From NCBI RefSeq assembly GCF_048403405.1, contig NZ_CP183129.1: DNA of 64,000 nucleotides; one strand, given 5' to 3'. Positions within the stretch are counted from its first letter, which is position 1; every line of letters begins with the position of its first letter. The position numbers and the translations under genes are program-made. This document shows positions 1 to 15,987 of the stretch, piece after piece. Under the pieces are notes generated by a model, which saw nothing but the letters and a program-made list of their open reading frames with translations, made no database searches and had not been told where the DNA came from. The DNA comes from Escherichia coli (GTDB taxonomy: Bacteria; Pseudomonadota; Gammaproteobacteria; Enterobacterales; Enterobacteriaceae).

Positions 1-269
1 GCCACGGTAATTCCAATAAAGATTATCGCCGTCAGCCTGCGGTGGCAGAATCCGTGGTTGCTCAAATCAAAGATGGCAATCGCTCAATTATTGGTCTGAT
101 GATCGAAAGTAATATCCACGAGGGCAATCAGTCTTCCGAGCAACCGCGCAGTGAAATGAAATACGGTGTATCCGTAACCGATGCCTGCATTAGTTGGGAA
201 ATGACCGATGCCTTGCTGCGTGAAATTCATCAGGATCTGAACGGGCAGCTGACGGCTCGCGTGGCTTAA
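1..269 (+). CDS. aroF: DAHP synthase (Tyr-sensitive), C-terminal fragment; gene begins upstream of window
   Basis: Open frame running in from window start, stop at 269, 10 bp before tyrA start; translation and aroF-tyrA operon context. Confidence 0.8.
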   Translation, partial: HGNSNKDYRRQPAVAESVVAQIKDGNRSIIGLMIESNIHEGNQSSEQPRSEMKYGVSVTDACISWEMTDALLREIHQDLNGQLTARVA

Positions 270-279
270 GAGGTTTATT

Positions 280-1401
280 ATGGTTGCTGAGTTGACCGCA
301 TTACGCGATCAAATTGATGAAGTCGATAAAGCGCTGCTGAATTTATTAGCGAAGCGTCTGGAACTGGTTGCTGAAGTGGGCGAGGTGAAAAGCCGCTTTG
401 GACTGCCTATTTATGTGCCGGAGCGCGAGGCATCTATGTTGGCCTCGCGTCGTGCAGAGGCGGAAGCTCTGGGTGTACCGCCAGATCTGATTGAGGATGT
501 TTTGCGTCGGGTGATGCGTGAATCTTACTCCAGTGAAAATGACAAAGGATTTAAAACACTTTGTCCGTCACTGCGTCCGGTGGTTATCGTCGGCGGTGGC
601 GGTCAGATGGGACGCCTGTTCGAGAAGATGCTGACACTATCGGGTTATCAGGTGCGGATTCTGGAGCAACATGACTGGGATCGAGCGGCTGATATTGTTG
701 CCGATGCCGGAATGGTGATTGTTAGTGTGCCAATCCACGTTACTGAGCAAGTTATCGGCAAATTACCGCCTTTACCGAAAGATTGTATTCTGGTCGATCT
801 GGCATCGGTGAAAAATGGGCCATTACAGGCCATGCTGGCGGCGCATGATGGTCCGGTGCTGGGGCTACACCCGATGTTCGGTCCGGACAGCGGTAGCCTG
901 GCAAAGCAAGTTGTGGTCTGGTGTGATGGACGTAAGCCGGAAGCATACCAATGGTTTCTGGAGCAAATTCAGGTCTGGGGCGCTCGGCTGCATCGTATTA
1001 GCGCTGTCGAGCACGATCAGAATATGGCGTTTATTCAGGCTCTGCGCCACTTTGCTACTTTTGCTTATGGGCTGCACCTGGCAGAAGAAAATGTTCAGCT
1101 TGAGCAACTTCTGGCGCTCTCTTCGCCGATTTACCGCCTTGAACTGGCGATGGTTGGGCGACTGTTTGCTCAGGATCCGCAGCTTTATGCCGACATTATT
1201 ATGTCGTCAGAGCGTAATCTGGCGTTAATCAAACGTTACTATAAGCGTTTCGGCGAGGCGATTGAGTTGCTGGAGCAGGGCGATAAGCAGGCGTTTATTG
1301 ACAGTTTCCGCAAGGTGGAGCACTGGTTCGGCGATTACGCACAGCGTTTTCAGAGTGAAAGCCGCGTGTTATTGCGTCAGGCGAATGACAACCGCCACTA
1401 A
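280..1401 (+). CDS. tyrA: Bifunctional chorismate mutase / prephenate dehydrogenase (T-protein), 373 aa
   Basis: ORF 280..1401, ATG start; N-terminal chorismate mutase and GGGGQMG Rossmann motif; length matches TyrA. Confidence 0.93.
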   Translation: MVAELTALRDQIDEVDKALLNLLAKRLELVAEVGEVKSRFGLPIYVPEREASMLASRRAEAEALGVPPDLIEDVLRRVMRESYSSENDKGFKTLCPSLRPVVIVGGGGQMGRLFEKMLTLSGYQVRILEQHDWDRAADIVADAGMVIVSVPIHVTEQVIGKLPPLPKDCILVDLASVKNGPLQAMLAAHDGPVLGLHPMFGPDSGSLAKQVVVWCDGRKPEAYQWFLEQIQVWGARLHRISAVEHDQNMAFIQALRHFATFAYGLHLAEENVQLEQLLALSSPIYRLELAMVGRLFAQDPQLYADIIMSSERNLALIKRYYKRFGEAIELLEQGDKQAFIDSFRKVEHWFGDYAQRFQSESRVLLRQANDNRH

Positions 1402-1408
1402 TAATCCA

Positions 1409-1440
1409 GTGCCGGGTGATTCACATCATCCGGCACCTTT
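1409..1440. terminator. Hairpin (GTGCCGG...CCGGCAC) plus T-run between convergent tyrA and pheA; likely bidirectional terminator
   Basis: Inverted repeat read directly in the 42-bp gap between the two stop codons. Confidence 0.6.
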
Positions 1441-1443
1441 TCA

Positions 1444-2604
1444 TCAGGTTGGATCAACAGGCACTACGTTCTCACTTGGGTAACAGCCCAATACCTTCAT
1501 CGAACGGGTGATGTCCCCTAACTCTTTCAATGCTTTTTGCATTTCCGCTGATTCAAGATTGGCCTGAATATCCAGATAAAACATCTCTTCCCATGGATTA
1601 CCGTGAATCGGGCGTGACTCCAGACGGGTCATAATCAGATTGTGGTTGCGCAGTACCAGCAACGCTTCAACCAGCGCACCAGCTTGTTGCCCGGTCGCCA
1701 TTAACAACGTCGTTTTCGCTGGAACCTGGTCAGACACGTTAATGGCTTTACGTGCCAACACCACAAATCGGGTGAAGTTTTGTCGCTGATTCGCTTCAAT
1801 ACGCTCCAGTACCTGCAAACCGTACAAAGTGCCGCCAGCTTCGCTTCCCAACGCAGCAACATGCGGTGATTTTACCTGTGCAACCTTTTCCATTGCCGCA
1901 GACGTACTTTCGGTATATTCAATCTTCCAGTGCGGATAACGATTAAGGAATTTGCTGCATTGCTGGAATGGCTGCGGATGGCTGTAGACCGTATTGATGG
2001 TGGATAAATCAGTAGTGCCGGAGACCAACAAACAATGGTCGATAGTTAACGTCATCTCGCCAACAATCGACAAACTGGTATGTTGCAGCAGATCGTAAAC
2101 GTCATTTATGGCACCGGAGCTGGTATTTTCAATCGGTACGACGGCATAGTCGGCCTGGCCGGTTTCCACCTGATTAAAAATATCGGCAAATTTGGCGCAG
2201 CCACTTTCAATGAATTGCTCAAAGTGACGGGCAGCATACTGGCGCGCCGCAAGATGGGAATAAGAACCTTTGGGGCCGAGAAAAGCGATGCGTGCTGAGT
2301 GCGGATTAATTTTATTGAGATGTTGCTGGAGCAAAGCCTGCTGAGTTAATACGGAATCTTCAATGATGAGCTGGAACAGGCGAGTAATGTAATGGGCGTC
2401 CAGATGGTGCGCTTTACCGAGCGTAATTAATCTTTCCAGTAAATCGCGTTCACGATCAATATCACGTACCTGGCGATGCGAGAGCAGTTTGGCTTTTCCC
2501 ACCTCGACGGCCAGTTCGCGCCGCTCTGCCAGTAATGCTAATAATTTTTCATCCAGCGCGCTGATTTTCTCTCGCAGCGCCAGTAATGGATTTTCCGATG
2601 TCAT
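1444..2604 (-). CDS. pheA: Bifunctional chorismate mutase / prephenate dehydratase (P-protein), 386 aa
   Basis: ORF 1444..2604 minus; translation; preceded upstream by pheL leader and attenuator. Confidence 0.93.
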   Translation of the reverse strand: MTSENPLLALREKISALDEKLLALLAERRELAVEVGKAKLLSHRQVRDIDRERDLLERLITLGKAHHLDAHYITRLFQLIIEDSVLTQQALLQQHLNKINPHSARIAFLGPKGSYSHLAARQYAARHFEQFIESGCAKFADIFNQVETGQADYAVVPIENTSSGAINDVYDLLQHTSLSIVGEMTLTIDHCLLVSGTTDLSTINTVYSHPQPFQQCSKFLNRYPHWKIEYTESTSAAMEKVAQVKSPHVAALGSEAGGTLYGLQVLERIEANQRQNFTRFVVLARKAINVSDQVPAKTTLLMATGQQAGALVEALLVLRNHNLIMTRLESRPIHGNPWEEMFYLDIQANLESAEMQKALKELGDITRSMKVLGCYPSENVVPVDPT

Positions 2605-2623
2605 AGTGTTGCCTTTTTGTTAT

Positions 2624-2659
2624 CAATAAAAAAGGCCCCCCGATTTGGGAGGCCTTATT
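2624..2659 (-). promoter_or_regulatory. pheA attenuator terminator hairpin (AGGCCTCCC...GGGGGGCCT followed by U-run) between pheL and pheA
   Basis: GC-rich inverted repeat with T-run on the minus strand, placed between leader peptide ORF and pheA start. Confidence 0.7.
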
Positions 2660-2702
2660 GTTCGTCTTCGCATTCTGTTTCACACGACGAAACGCCTCCC
2701 AT

Positions 2703-2750
2703 TCAGGGGAAGGTAAAAAAGAATGCGAAGAAAAACGGTGTGTGTTTCAT
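2703..2750 (-). CDS. pheL: pheA leader peptide, 15 aa, [15 protein letters not shown] (7 Phe codons)
   Basis: Minus-strand ATGAAACACACACCGTTTTTCTTCGCATTCTTTTTTACCTTCCCCTGA read directly; too short for the ORF track. Confidence 0.85.
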   Translation of the reverse strand: [15 protein letters not shown]

Positions 2751-2804
2751 GTTTGTTTCCTTAAGTGACTTCAGTACAGTACCCGTACTGTTTTCACGCT
2801 GTCA

Positions 2805-2830
2805 ACAAAAAACGCGCCCGAAGGCGCGTT
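2805..2830 (-). terminator. Intrinsic terminator downstream of raiA (hairpin CGCGCCCGAAGGCGCG plus U-run on minus-strand transcript)
   Basis: Inverted repeat flanked by A-run on plus strand immediately 3' of raiA stop. Confidence 0.6.
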
Positions 2831-2853
2831 GGCGATACACTCAATATAAAGGA

Positions 2854-3249
<396 letters not shown>

Positions 3250-3416
3250 TCAAAATGTGTGATGGAAATCTCATAATTTTGTCACTTTTTGTCAACGAAT
3301 CTTTTTTGTGAGAAATCGCAGGAAGAGGTGTTTTTTTACTTGAGGAATATCTCAAAGCGAGCCATATTTGATGAGATCGATAGTGACTAAATCGCTTCAG
3401 TTTCACAACTGACAGA

Positions 3417-3451
3417 ATAAAAAAACGGCAGCTCAAGGGCTGCCGTTTTGT
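3417..3451. terminator. Hairpin AACGGCAGC..GCTGCCGTT flanked by A-run and T-run; terminator 3' of bamD, possibly bidirectional
   Basis: Perfect inverted repeat read directly, 15 bp from bamD stop. Confidence 0.6.
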
Positions 3452-3465
3452 GTTTCAGGTTTCTG

Positions 3466-4203
3466 TTATGTATTGCTGCTGTTTGCGGCGATGATTTTCG
3501 CTACTTTTTCAGCTTGCGCATTCATCTGCATCTGACGGTATGCATTTTCCATCAGCGGCAGCGCATCACGCGTAGCCTGGGTATCCGGGTAGTCGCGCAA
3601 CATGCCTTCTACGCGGTTAACGACGGCAACCCATGCGCCACGTTCTGTATAGTACTCGGCAACGGAGTATTCATATTTCGCCAGACGATCTTTCAGGAAT
3701 ACCAGACGTTTGGTGGCATCGGTGGTGTACTGACTGTTCGGATAGCCGCGCACCAGTTTGGAAAAGTCACTAAACGCAGCTCGTGCATGTTGAGGATCGC
3801 GATCGCTACGATCGACGCCAAAGAACCCTTGCAGTGCACTGTCATCGAGCGCCATATTGGTCAGGCCACGCATGTACATGACATAATCGATATTCGGATG
3901 GGTCGGGTTAAGGCGAATAAAACGATCGATGGCAGCCTGTGCTAACGGCAAATCGGCGTTTTTATAGTAGGCGTAGATGAGATCCAGCTGCACCTGCTGC
4001 GAATACGGACCAAACGGATAGCGATTATCTAACGCTTCCAGTTGCGTTATTGCCTGTCTCCAGTTACCGTCCTGCAGCTTTTGTTGTGCAGTCGCGTAAA
4101 TTTCATTTGGCGGATTATCAGGTACTTCTTCCTTTGACCCCGAGCAACCCGCCAAAAACAGGCTTAGTGTGGCGGCTGCCACCAGATATTTCATGCGCGT
4201 CAT
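3466..4203 (-). CDS. bamD: Outer-membrane protein assembly factor BamD (TPR lipoprotein), 245 aa
   Basis: ORF 3466..4203 minus; N-terminal lipobox LAGCSG; translation matches BamD/YfiO. Confidence 0.92.
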
Positions 4204-4337
4204 GACGTTTTGACTTTCCTCAAAATGTAATACGGGAGATTCTCTGTTCCTGCTCCCGGTTAAGACCAGCTACAATAGCACACTATATTAAACGGCAAAG
4301 CCGTAAAACCCCAACGATAAACGAAGAAGCAGTATAT

Positions 4338-5318
4338 ATGGCACAACGAGTACAGCTCACTGCAACGGTGTCCGAAAACCAACTCGGTCAACGCTTAGAT
4401 CAGGCTTTGGCCGAAATGTTCCCGGATTATTCACGTTCGCGGATAAAAGAATGGATCCTCGACCAGCGCGTGCTGGTTAACGGCAAAGTTTGTGATAAGC
4501 CGAAAGAAAAAGTATTGGGTGGCGAGCAGGTTGCCATCAACGCAGAGATTGAAGAAGAAGCGCGTTTTGAACCGCAGGATATCCCGCTGGATATCGTCTA
4601 TGAAGATGAAGACATCATCGTCATTAATAAACCGCGCGACCTGGTGGTTCATCCTGGCGCGGGTAACCCGGATGGCACGGTACTGAATGCGTTGCTTCAT
4701 TACTATCCGCCCATTGCCGATGTACCGCGTGCGGGCATCGTCCATCGTCTGGATAAAGACACCACTGGCCTGATGGTTGTGGCAAAAACCGTTCCGGCTC
4801 AGACGCGTTTAGTCGAATCTTTGCAACGGCGTGAAATTACTCGTGAGTATGAAGCGGTGGCAATTGGTCATATGACCGCTGGCGGTACAGTAGATGAACC
4901 AATCAGCCGCCACCCGACCAAACGTACTCACATGGCGGTACATCCCATGGGCAAACCGGCGGTCACTCACTATCGCATCATGGAACACTTCCGTGTGCAC
5001 ACGCGTCTGCGGTTGCGTCTGGAAACCGGACGTACGCACCAGATCCGCGTGCATATGGCCCATATCACTCATCCGCTGGTGGGCGATCCGGTTTATGGTG
5101 GCCGTCCGCGTCCGCCAAAAGGTGCTTCGGAAGCGTTTATCTCCACGCTGCGTAAGTTTGACCGCCAGGCGCTTCATGCAACCATGTTGCGTCTTTATCA
5201 CCCAATCTCCGGCATCGAAATGGAATGGCATGCGCCTATTCCACAAGATATGGTGGAGCTGATTGAGGTGATGCGCGCCGATTTCGAAGAGCATAAGGAT
5301 GAAGTGGACTGGTTATGA
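4338..5318 (+). CDS. rluD: 23S rRNA pseudouridine synthase RluD, 326 aa
   Basis: ORF 4338..5318; S4 domain N-terminus and HRLDKDTTG pseudouridine synthase motif. Confidence 0.93.
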   Translation: MAQRVQLTATVSENQLGQRLDQALAEMFPDYSRSRIKEWILDQRVLVNGKVCDKPKEKVLGGEQVAINAEIEEEARFEPQDIPLDIVYEDEDIIVINKPRDLVVHPGAGNPDGTVLNALLHYYPPIADVPRAGIVHRLDKDTTGLMVVAKTVPAQTRLVESLQRREITREYEAVAIGHMTAGGTVDEPISRHPTKRTHMAVHPMGKPAVTHYRIMEHFRVHTRLRLRLETGRTHQIRVHMAHITHPLVGDPVYGGRPRPPKGASEAFISTLRKFDRQALHATMLRLYHPISGIEMEWHAPIPQDMVELIEVMRADFEEHKDEVDWL

Positions 5319-6046
5319 GTAAGCTGATTGTCCCGCAGTGGCCGCTGCCAAAAGGTGTTGCGGCCTGTAGCTCCACTCGTATCGGCGGCGTGAGCTTGCC
5401 CCCGTATGACTCGCTCAACCTCGGTGCTCATTGTGGCGATAACCCGGATCACGTTGAGGAGAATCGTAAGCGACTTTTTGCTGCGGGCAATTTGCCTTCA
5501 AAACCGGTCTGGCTTGAGCAGGTACACGGCAAAGATGTGCTTAAGCTTACTGGCGAACCTTATGCCTCAAAACGAGCAGATGCCTCTTATAGCAACACGC
5601 CGGGCACGGTTTGCGCAGTGATGACTGCCGACTGCCTCCCCGTGCTGTTTTGCAATCGAGCGGGAACGGAAGTCGCCGCCGCTCATGCTGGCTGGCGTGG
5701 ACTGTGCTCAGGCGTGCTGGAAGAGACGGTTTCCTGTTTTGCTGATAATCCGGAAAATATTCTCGCCTGGTTAGGGCCGGCAATTGGTCCACGCGCGTTT
5801 GAAGTGGGGGCGGAGGTTCGCGAGGCGTTTATGGCAGTAGACGCCAAAGCGAGTACAGCTTTCATTCAGCATGGTGATAAGTATCTGGCGGATATTTATC
5901 TCCTTGCCCGGCAGCGTCTGGCGAACGTCGGTGTCGAACAAATTTTCGGCGGTGACCGTTGTACATATACGGAAAATGAGACTTTCTTCTCTTATCGTCG
6001 CGACAAGACCACCGGTCGTATGGCAAGTTTCATTTGGCTGATATAA
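5315..6046 (+). CDS. yfiH: YfiH family protein (purine nucleoside phosphorylase / peptidoglycan editing factor PgeF), 243 aa
   Basis: ORF 5315..6046, start overlaps rluD stop by 4 nt (ATGA); translation. Confidence 0.9.
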   Translation: MSKLIVPQWPLPKGVAACSSTRIGGVSLPPYDSLNLGAHCGDNPDHVEENRKRLFAAGNLPSKPVWLEQVHGKDVLKLTGEPYASKRADASYSNTPGTVCAVMTADCLPVLFCNRAGTEVAAAHAGWRGLCSGVLEETVSCFADNPENILAWLGPAIGPRAFEVGAEVREAFMAVDAKASTAFIQHGDKYLADIYLLARQRLANVGVEQIFGGDRCTYTENETFFSYRRDKTTGRMASFIWLI

Positions 6047-6108
6047 CCTAAAGAATCAAGACGATCCGGTACGCGTGATTTTCTTTTCACATTAATCTGG
6101 TCAATAAC

Positions 6109-6136
6109 CTTGAATAATTGAGGGATGACCTCATTT
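6109..6136 (+). promoter_or_regulatory. Candidate sigma-32 heat-shock promoter of clpB (-35 CTTGAA, -10-like GACCTCATTTA)
   Basis: Match to sigma-32 consensus CTTGAAA / CCCCATnT upstream of clpB; clpB is a known heat-shock gene. Confidence 0.5.
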
Positions 6137-6175
6137 AATCTCCAGTAGCAACTTTGATCCGTTATGGGAGGAGTT

Positions 6176-8749
6176 ATGCGTCTGGATCGTCTTACTAATA
6201 AATTCCAGCTTGCTCTTGCCGATGCCCAATCACTTGCACTCGGGCACGACAACCAATTCATCGAACCACTTCATTTAATGAGCGCCCTGCTGAATCAGGA
6301 AGGGGGTTCGGTTAGTCCTTTATTAACATCCGCTGGCATTAATGCTGGCCAGTTGCGCACAGATATCAATCAGGCATTAAATCGTTTACCGCAGGTTGAA
6401 GGTACTGGTGGTGATGTCCAGCCATCACAGGATCTGGTGCGCGTTCTTAATCTTTGCGACAAGCTGGCGCAAAAACGTGGTGATAACTTTATCTCGTCAG
6501 AACTGTTCGTTCTGGCGGCACTTGAGTCTCGCGGCACGCTGGCCGACATCCTGAAAGCAGCAGGGGCGACCACCGCCAACATTACTCAAGCGATTGAACA
6601 AATGCGTGGAGGTGAAAGCGTGAACGATCAAGGTGCTGAAGACCAACGTCAGGCTTTGAAAAAATATACCATCGACCTTACCGAACGAGCCGAACAAGGC
6701 AAACTTGATCCGGTGATTGGTCGTGATGAAGAAATTCGCCGTACCATTCAGGTACTGCAACGTCGTACTAAAAATAACCCGGTACTGATTGGTGAACCAG
6801 GCGTCGGTAAAACTGCCATCGTTGAAGGTCTGGCGCAGCGTATTATCAACGGCGAAGTGCCGGAAGGGTTGAAAGGCCGCCGCGTACTGGCGCTGGATAT
6901 GGGCGCGCTGGTGGCTGGGGCGAAATATCGCGGTGAGTTTGAAGAACGTTTAAAAGGCGTGCTTAACGATCTTGCCAAACAGGAAGGCAACGTCATCCTG
7001 TTTATCGACGAATTACATACCATGGTCGGCGCGGGTAAAGCCGATGGCGCAATGGACGCCGGAAACATGCTGAAACCGGCGCTGGCGCGTGGTGAATTGC
7101 ACTGCGTAGGTGCCACGACGCTTGACGAATATCGCCAGTACATCGAAAAAGATGCTGCGCTGGAACGTCGTTTCCAGAAAGTGTTTGTTGCCGAGCCTTC
7201 TGTTGAAGACACCATTGCTATTCTGCGTGGCTTAAAAGAACGTTACGAACTGCACCACCATGTGCAAATTACTGACCCGGCAATTGTTGCAGCGGCGACG
7301 TTGTCTCATCGCTACATTGCTGACCGTCAGCTGCCGGATAAAGCCATCGACCTGATCGATGAAGCAGCATCCAGCATTCGTATGCAGATTGACTCAAAAC
7401 CAGAAGAACTCGACCGACTCGATCGTCGTATCATCCAGCTCAAACTGGAACAACAGGCGTTAATGAAAGAGTCTGATGAAGCCAGTAAAAAACGCCTGGA
7501 TATGCTCAACGAAGAACTGAGCGACAAAGAACGTCAGTACTCCGAGTTAGAAGAAGAGTGGAAAGCAGAGAAAGCATCGCTTTCTGGTACACAGACCATT
7601 AAAGCGGAACTGGAACAGGCGAAAATCGCTATTGAACAGGCTCGCCGTGTGGGTGACCTGGCGCGGATGTCTGAACTGCAATACGGCAAAATCCCGGAAC
7701 TGGAAAAGCAACTGGAAGCCGCAACGCAGCTCGAAGGCAAAACTATGCGTCTGTTGCGTAATAAAGTGACCGACGCCGAAATTGCTGAAGTGCTGGCGCG
7801 TTGGACGGGGATTCCGGTTTCTCGCATGATGGAAAGCGAGCGCGAAAAACTGCTGCGTATGGAGCAAGAGCTGCACCATCGCGTTATTGGTCAGAACGAA
7901 GCGGTTGATGCGGTATCTAACGCTATTCGTCGTAGCCGTGCGGGGCTGGCGGATCCAAATCGCCCGATTGGTTCATTCCTGTTCCTCGGCCCAACGGGTG
8001 TGGGGAAAACTGAGCTTTGTAAGGCGCTGGCGAACTTTATGTTTGATAGCGACGAGGCGATGGTCCGTATCGATATGTCCGAGTTTATGGAGAAACATTC
8101 GGTGTCTCGTCTGGTTGGTGCGCCTCCGGGATATGTTGGTTATGAAGAAGGTGGCTACCTGACCGAAGCTGTGCGTCGTCGTCCGTATTCCGTTATCCTG
8201 CTGGATGAAGTGGAAAAAGCGCATCCGGATGTCTTCAACATTCTGTTGCAGGTACTGGATGATGGGCGTCTGACTGACGGGCAGGGGAGAACGGTCGACT
8301 TCCGTAATACGGTTGTCATTATGACCTCTAACCTCGGTTCCGATTTGATTCAGGAACGCTTCGGTGAACTGGATTATGCGCACATGAAAGAGCTGGTGCT
8401 CGGTGTGGTAAGCCATAACTTCCGTCCGGAATTCATTAACCGTATTGATGAAGTGGTGGTCTTCCATCCGCTGGGTGAACAGCACATTGCCTCGATTGCG
8501 CAGATTCAGTTGAAACGTCTGTACAAACGTCTGGAAGAACGTGGTTATGAAATCCACATTTCTGACGAGGCGCTGAAACTGCTGAGCGAGAACGGTTACG
8601 ATCCGGTCTATGGCGCACGTCCTCTGAAACGTGCAATTCAGCAGCAGATTGAAAACCCGCTGGCACAGCAAATACTGTCTGGTGAATTGGTTCCGGGTAA
8701 AGTGATTCGCCTGGAAGTTAATGAAGACCGGATTGTCGCCGTCCAGTAA
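6176..8749 (+). CDS. clpB: Disaggregase chaperone ClpB (Hsp100, two AAA+ modules), 857 aa
   Basis: ORF track 6164..8749; start moved to ATG 6176 ([10 protein letters not shown]) with GGGAGGAG SD upstream; two Walker A motifs GEPGVGKT and GPTGVGKT. Confidence 0.95.
6606..6622 (+). other. Internal translation start inside clpB (SD-like GGAGGTGA then GTG codon 149) producing N-terminally truncated ClpB
   Basis: In-frame GTG at 6620..6622 preceded by GGAGGTGA; internal start at Val149 is established for E. coli ClpB. Confidence 0.6.
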
Positions 8750-8757
8750 ATGATAAA

Positions 8758-8784
8758 ACGAGCCCTTCGGGGCTCGTTTTTGTC
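8758..8784 (+). terminator. Intrinsic terminator after clpB (AACGAGCCC-TTCG-GGGCTCGTT plus TTTTTG)
   Basis: Inverted repeat with T-run 9 bp after clpB stop. Confidence 0.7.
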
Positions 8785-8864
8785 TATAAGTTAGACGGAA
8801 AAGACTATATTTAAGATGTTTTGCCTGAAAAATGAGCGAACGATAAAGTTTTTATATTTTTCGC

Positions 8865-8892
8865 TTGTCAGGCCGGAATAACTCCCTATAAT
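8865..8892 (+). promoter_or_regulatory. rRNA operon promoter P1 (-35 TTGTCA, 16-bp spacer, -10 TATAAT) with A/T-rich UP-like region upstream
   Basis: Hexamers read directly; architecture typical of rrn P1. Confidence 0.7.
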
Positions 8893-8983
8893 GCGCCACC
8901 ACTGACACGGAACAACGGCAAACACGCCGCCGGGTCAGCGGGGTTCTCCTGAGAATTCCGGCAGAGAAAGCAAAAATAAATGC

Positions 8984-9011
8984 TTGACTCTGTAGCGGGA
9001 AAGCGTATTAT
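8984..9011 (+). promoter_or_regulatory. rRNA operon promoter P2 (-35 TTGACT, -10 TATTAT)
   Basis: Hexamers read directly about 120 bp downstream of P1. Confidence 0.65.
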
Positions 9012-9048
9012 GTACACCCCGCGCCGCTGAGAAAAAGCGAAGCGGCAC

Positions 9049-9061
9049 TGCTCTTTAACAA
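9049..9061 (+). promoter_or_regulatory. boxA antitermination element (TGCTCTTTAACAA) in rRNA leader
   Basis: Exact boxA-type sequence in the leader; a second boxA-like GCTCTTTAAAAA lies in the 16S-23S spacer near 10970. Confidence 0.7.
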
Positions 9062-9192
9062 TTTATCAGACAATCTGTGTGGGCACTCGAAGATACGGAT
9101 TCTTAACGTCGCAAGACGAAAAATGAATACCAAGTCTCAAGAGTGAACACGTAATTCATTACGAAGTTTAATTCTTTGAGCATCAAACTTTT

Positions 9193-10734
<1,542 letters not shown>

Positions 10735-10819
10735 CCTTAAAGAACTGTGCTTTGCAGTGCTCACACAGATTGTCTGATAGAAAGTGAAAAGCAAGGCGTC
10801 TTGCGAAGCAGACTGATAC

Positions 10820-10895
10820 GTCCCCTTCGTCTAGAGGCCCAGGACACCGCCCTTTCACGGCGGTAACAGGGGTTCGAATCCCCTAGGGGACGCCA
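10820..10895 (+). tRNA. gltW: tRNA-Glu (spacer tRNA, 76 nt with encoded CCA)
   Basis: GTCCCCTTCGTCTAGAGGCCCAGGACACCGCCCTTTCACGGCGGTAACAGGGGTTCGAATCCCCTAGGGGACGCCA read directly. Confidence 0.95.
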
Positions 10896-11088
10896 CTTGC
10901 TGGTTTGTGAGTGAAAGTCGCCGACCTTAATATCTCAAAACTCATCTTCGGGTGATGTTTGAGATATTTGCTCTTTAAAAATCTGGATCAAGCTGAAAAT
11001 TGAAACACTGAACAACGAAAGTTGTTCGTGAGTCTCTCAAATTTTCGCAACACGATGATGGATCGAAAGAAACATCTTCGGGTTGTGA

Positions 11089-13992
<2,904 letters not shown>

Positions 13993-14085
13993 ACAACGCC
14001 GAAGATGTTTTGGCGGATTGAGAGAAGATTTTCAGCCTGATACAGATTAAATCAGAACGCAGAAGCGGTCTGATGAAACAGAATT

Positions 14086-14205
14086 TGCCTGGCGGCCTTA
14101 GCGCGGTGGTCCCACCTGATCCCATGCCGAACTCAGAAGTGAAACGCCGTAGCGCCGATGGTAGTGTGGGGTCTCCCCATGCGAGAGTAGGGAACTGCCA
14201 GGCAT
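14086..14205 (+). rRNA. rrfG: 5S ribosomal RNA (120 nt)
   Basis: TGCCTGGCGGCC...CTGCCAGGCAT read directly. Confidence 0.96.
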
Positions 14206-14216
14206 CAAATTAAGCG

Positions 14217-14246
14217 AAAGGCCATCCGTCAGGATGGCCTTTTTGC
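14217..14246 (+). terminator. rRNA operon terminator (AAAGGCCATCC-GTCA-GGATGGCCTTT plus T-run)
   Basis: Inverted repeat with T-run 12 bp after the 5S 3' end. Confidence 0.8.
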
Positions 14247-14261
14247 GTTGGTGAAAAAAAT

Positions 14262-14279
14262 GCCGGATGCGACGCTGGC
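14262..14279. repeat. Left half of a REP/PU palindromic unit (GCCGGATGCGACGCTGGC) interrupted by the IS
   Basis: REP-like sequence; joins with 15716.. to give GCCGGATGCGACGCTGGCGCGTCTTATCCAGC, a typical PU. Confidence 0.7.
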
Positions 14280-14803
14280 TGAACTGCACCCCAAATGTTG
14301 GACATAATCTGACATCTGAAGGTGCAGTTTATGAAACATTCATTTGAAGTAAAACTTGCCGCTGTAAATCATTACCTGGCTGGTCATGCAGGCATCATTT
14401 CTACGGCAAAACTCTTTCAACTTTCTCACACCAGCCTCTCACACTGGATTAATCTTTTTCTTCTTCACGGTCCTCGGGCACTGGATTGCAGACACAGGCG
14501 TAGCTATTCTCCTGAAGATAAACTTTGCGTGGTTCTTTATGCTCTCGGGCATTCTGAGTCTCTACCCCGGGTAGCTGCCCGGTTTAACATTCCCAGCCAC
14601 AACACGGTTAAAAACTGGATAAAAGGCTACCGCAAATCTGGTAATGAGGCCTTTATCAGGCGCAGGAAGGAGAAATGCATGACCCGTTCTGATGATACCC
14701 ATGAAAACGAGGCAAACATGACGCCGGAAGAGATGAAGAATGAGCTGCGTTATCTTCGCGCAGAAAATGCATATCTGAAAGCCATGCAGGAGCATCTCCT
14801 GGA

Positions 14804-14809
14804 AAAAAA

Positions 14810-14810
<1 letters not shown>
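14804..14810 (+). other. Programmed -1 ribosomal frameshift heptamer A_AAA_AAG in the orfA zero frame
   Basis: Heptamer read directly in phase; the -1 frame is open from 14810 onward into orfB. Confidence 0.7.
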
Positions 14811-15735
<925 letters not shown>

Positions 15736-15987
15736 AGGCACGATAGGGGGCAGCTTATTCCTCCACATACGCCAGCGAATACGGCTTCCCCAACTTGCCC
15801 ACCTCCATACGTGTCCTCCTTACCAGAAATTTATCCTTAAGCTCCTCAATAACCATTTTCCTGCTAACTAAATTCGTGGTTAAGGTTGCATGATGATATG
15901 CAACAAATGTATAACGTTTTCTTTACCAAAAGAAATAAACAAAAGCGACCGACAAAAGCATCGGATTACGGCAGGAGACATAATGGC

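Noticed and set aside
7973-8671. 232-aa ORF antisense to clpB
   Set aside because: Lies entirely within and opposite a confidently identified, conserved gene; a typical shadow ORF with no SD or recognisable domain
10820-10895. tRNA gene as a potential integration site for a genomic island
   Set aside because: The tRNA-Glu is the internal spacer tRNA of the rRNA operon and no integrase or direct repeat of the tRNA 3' end is present
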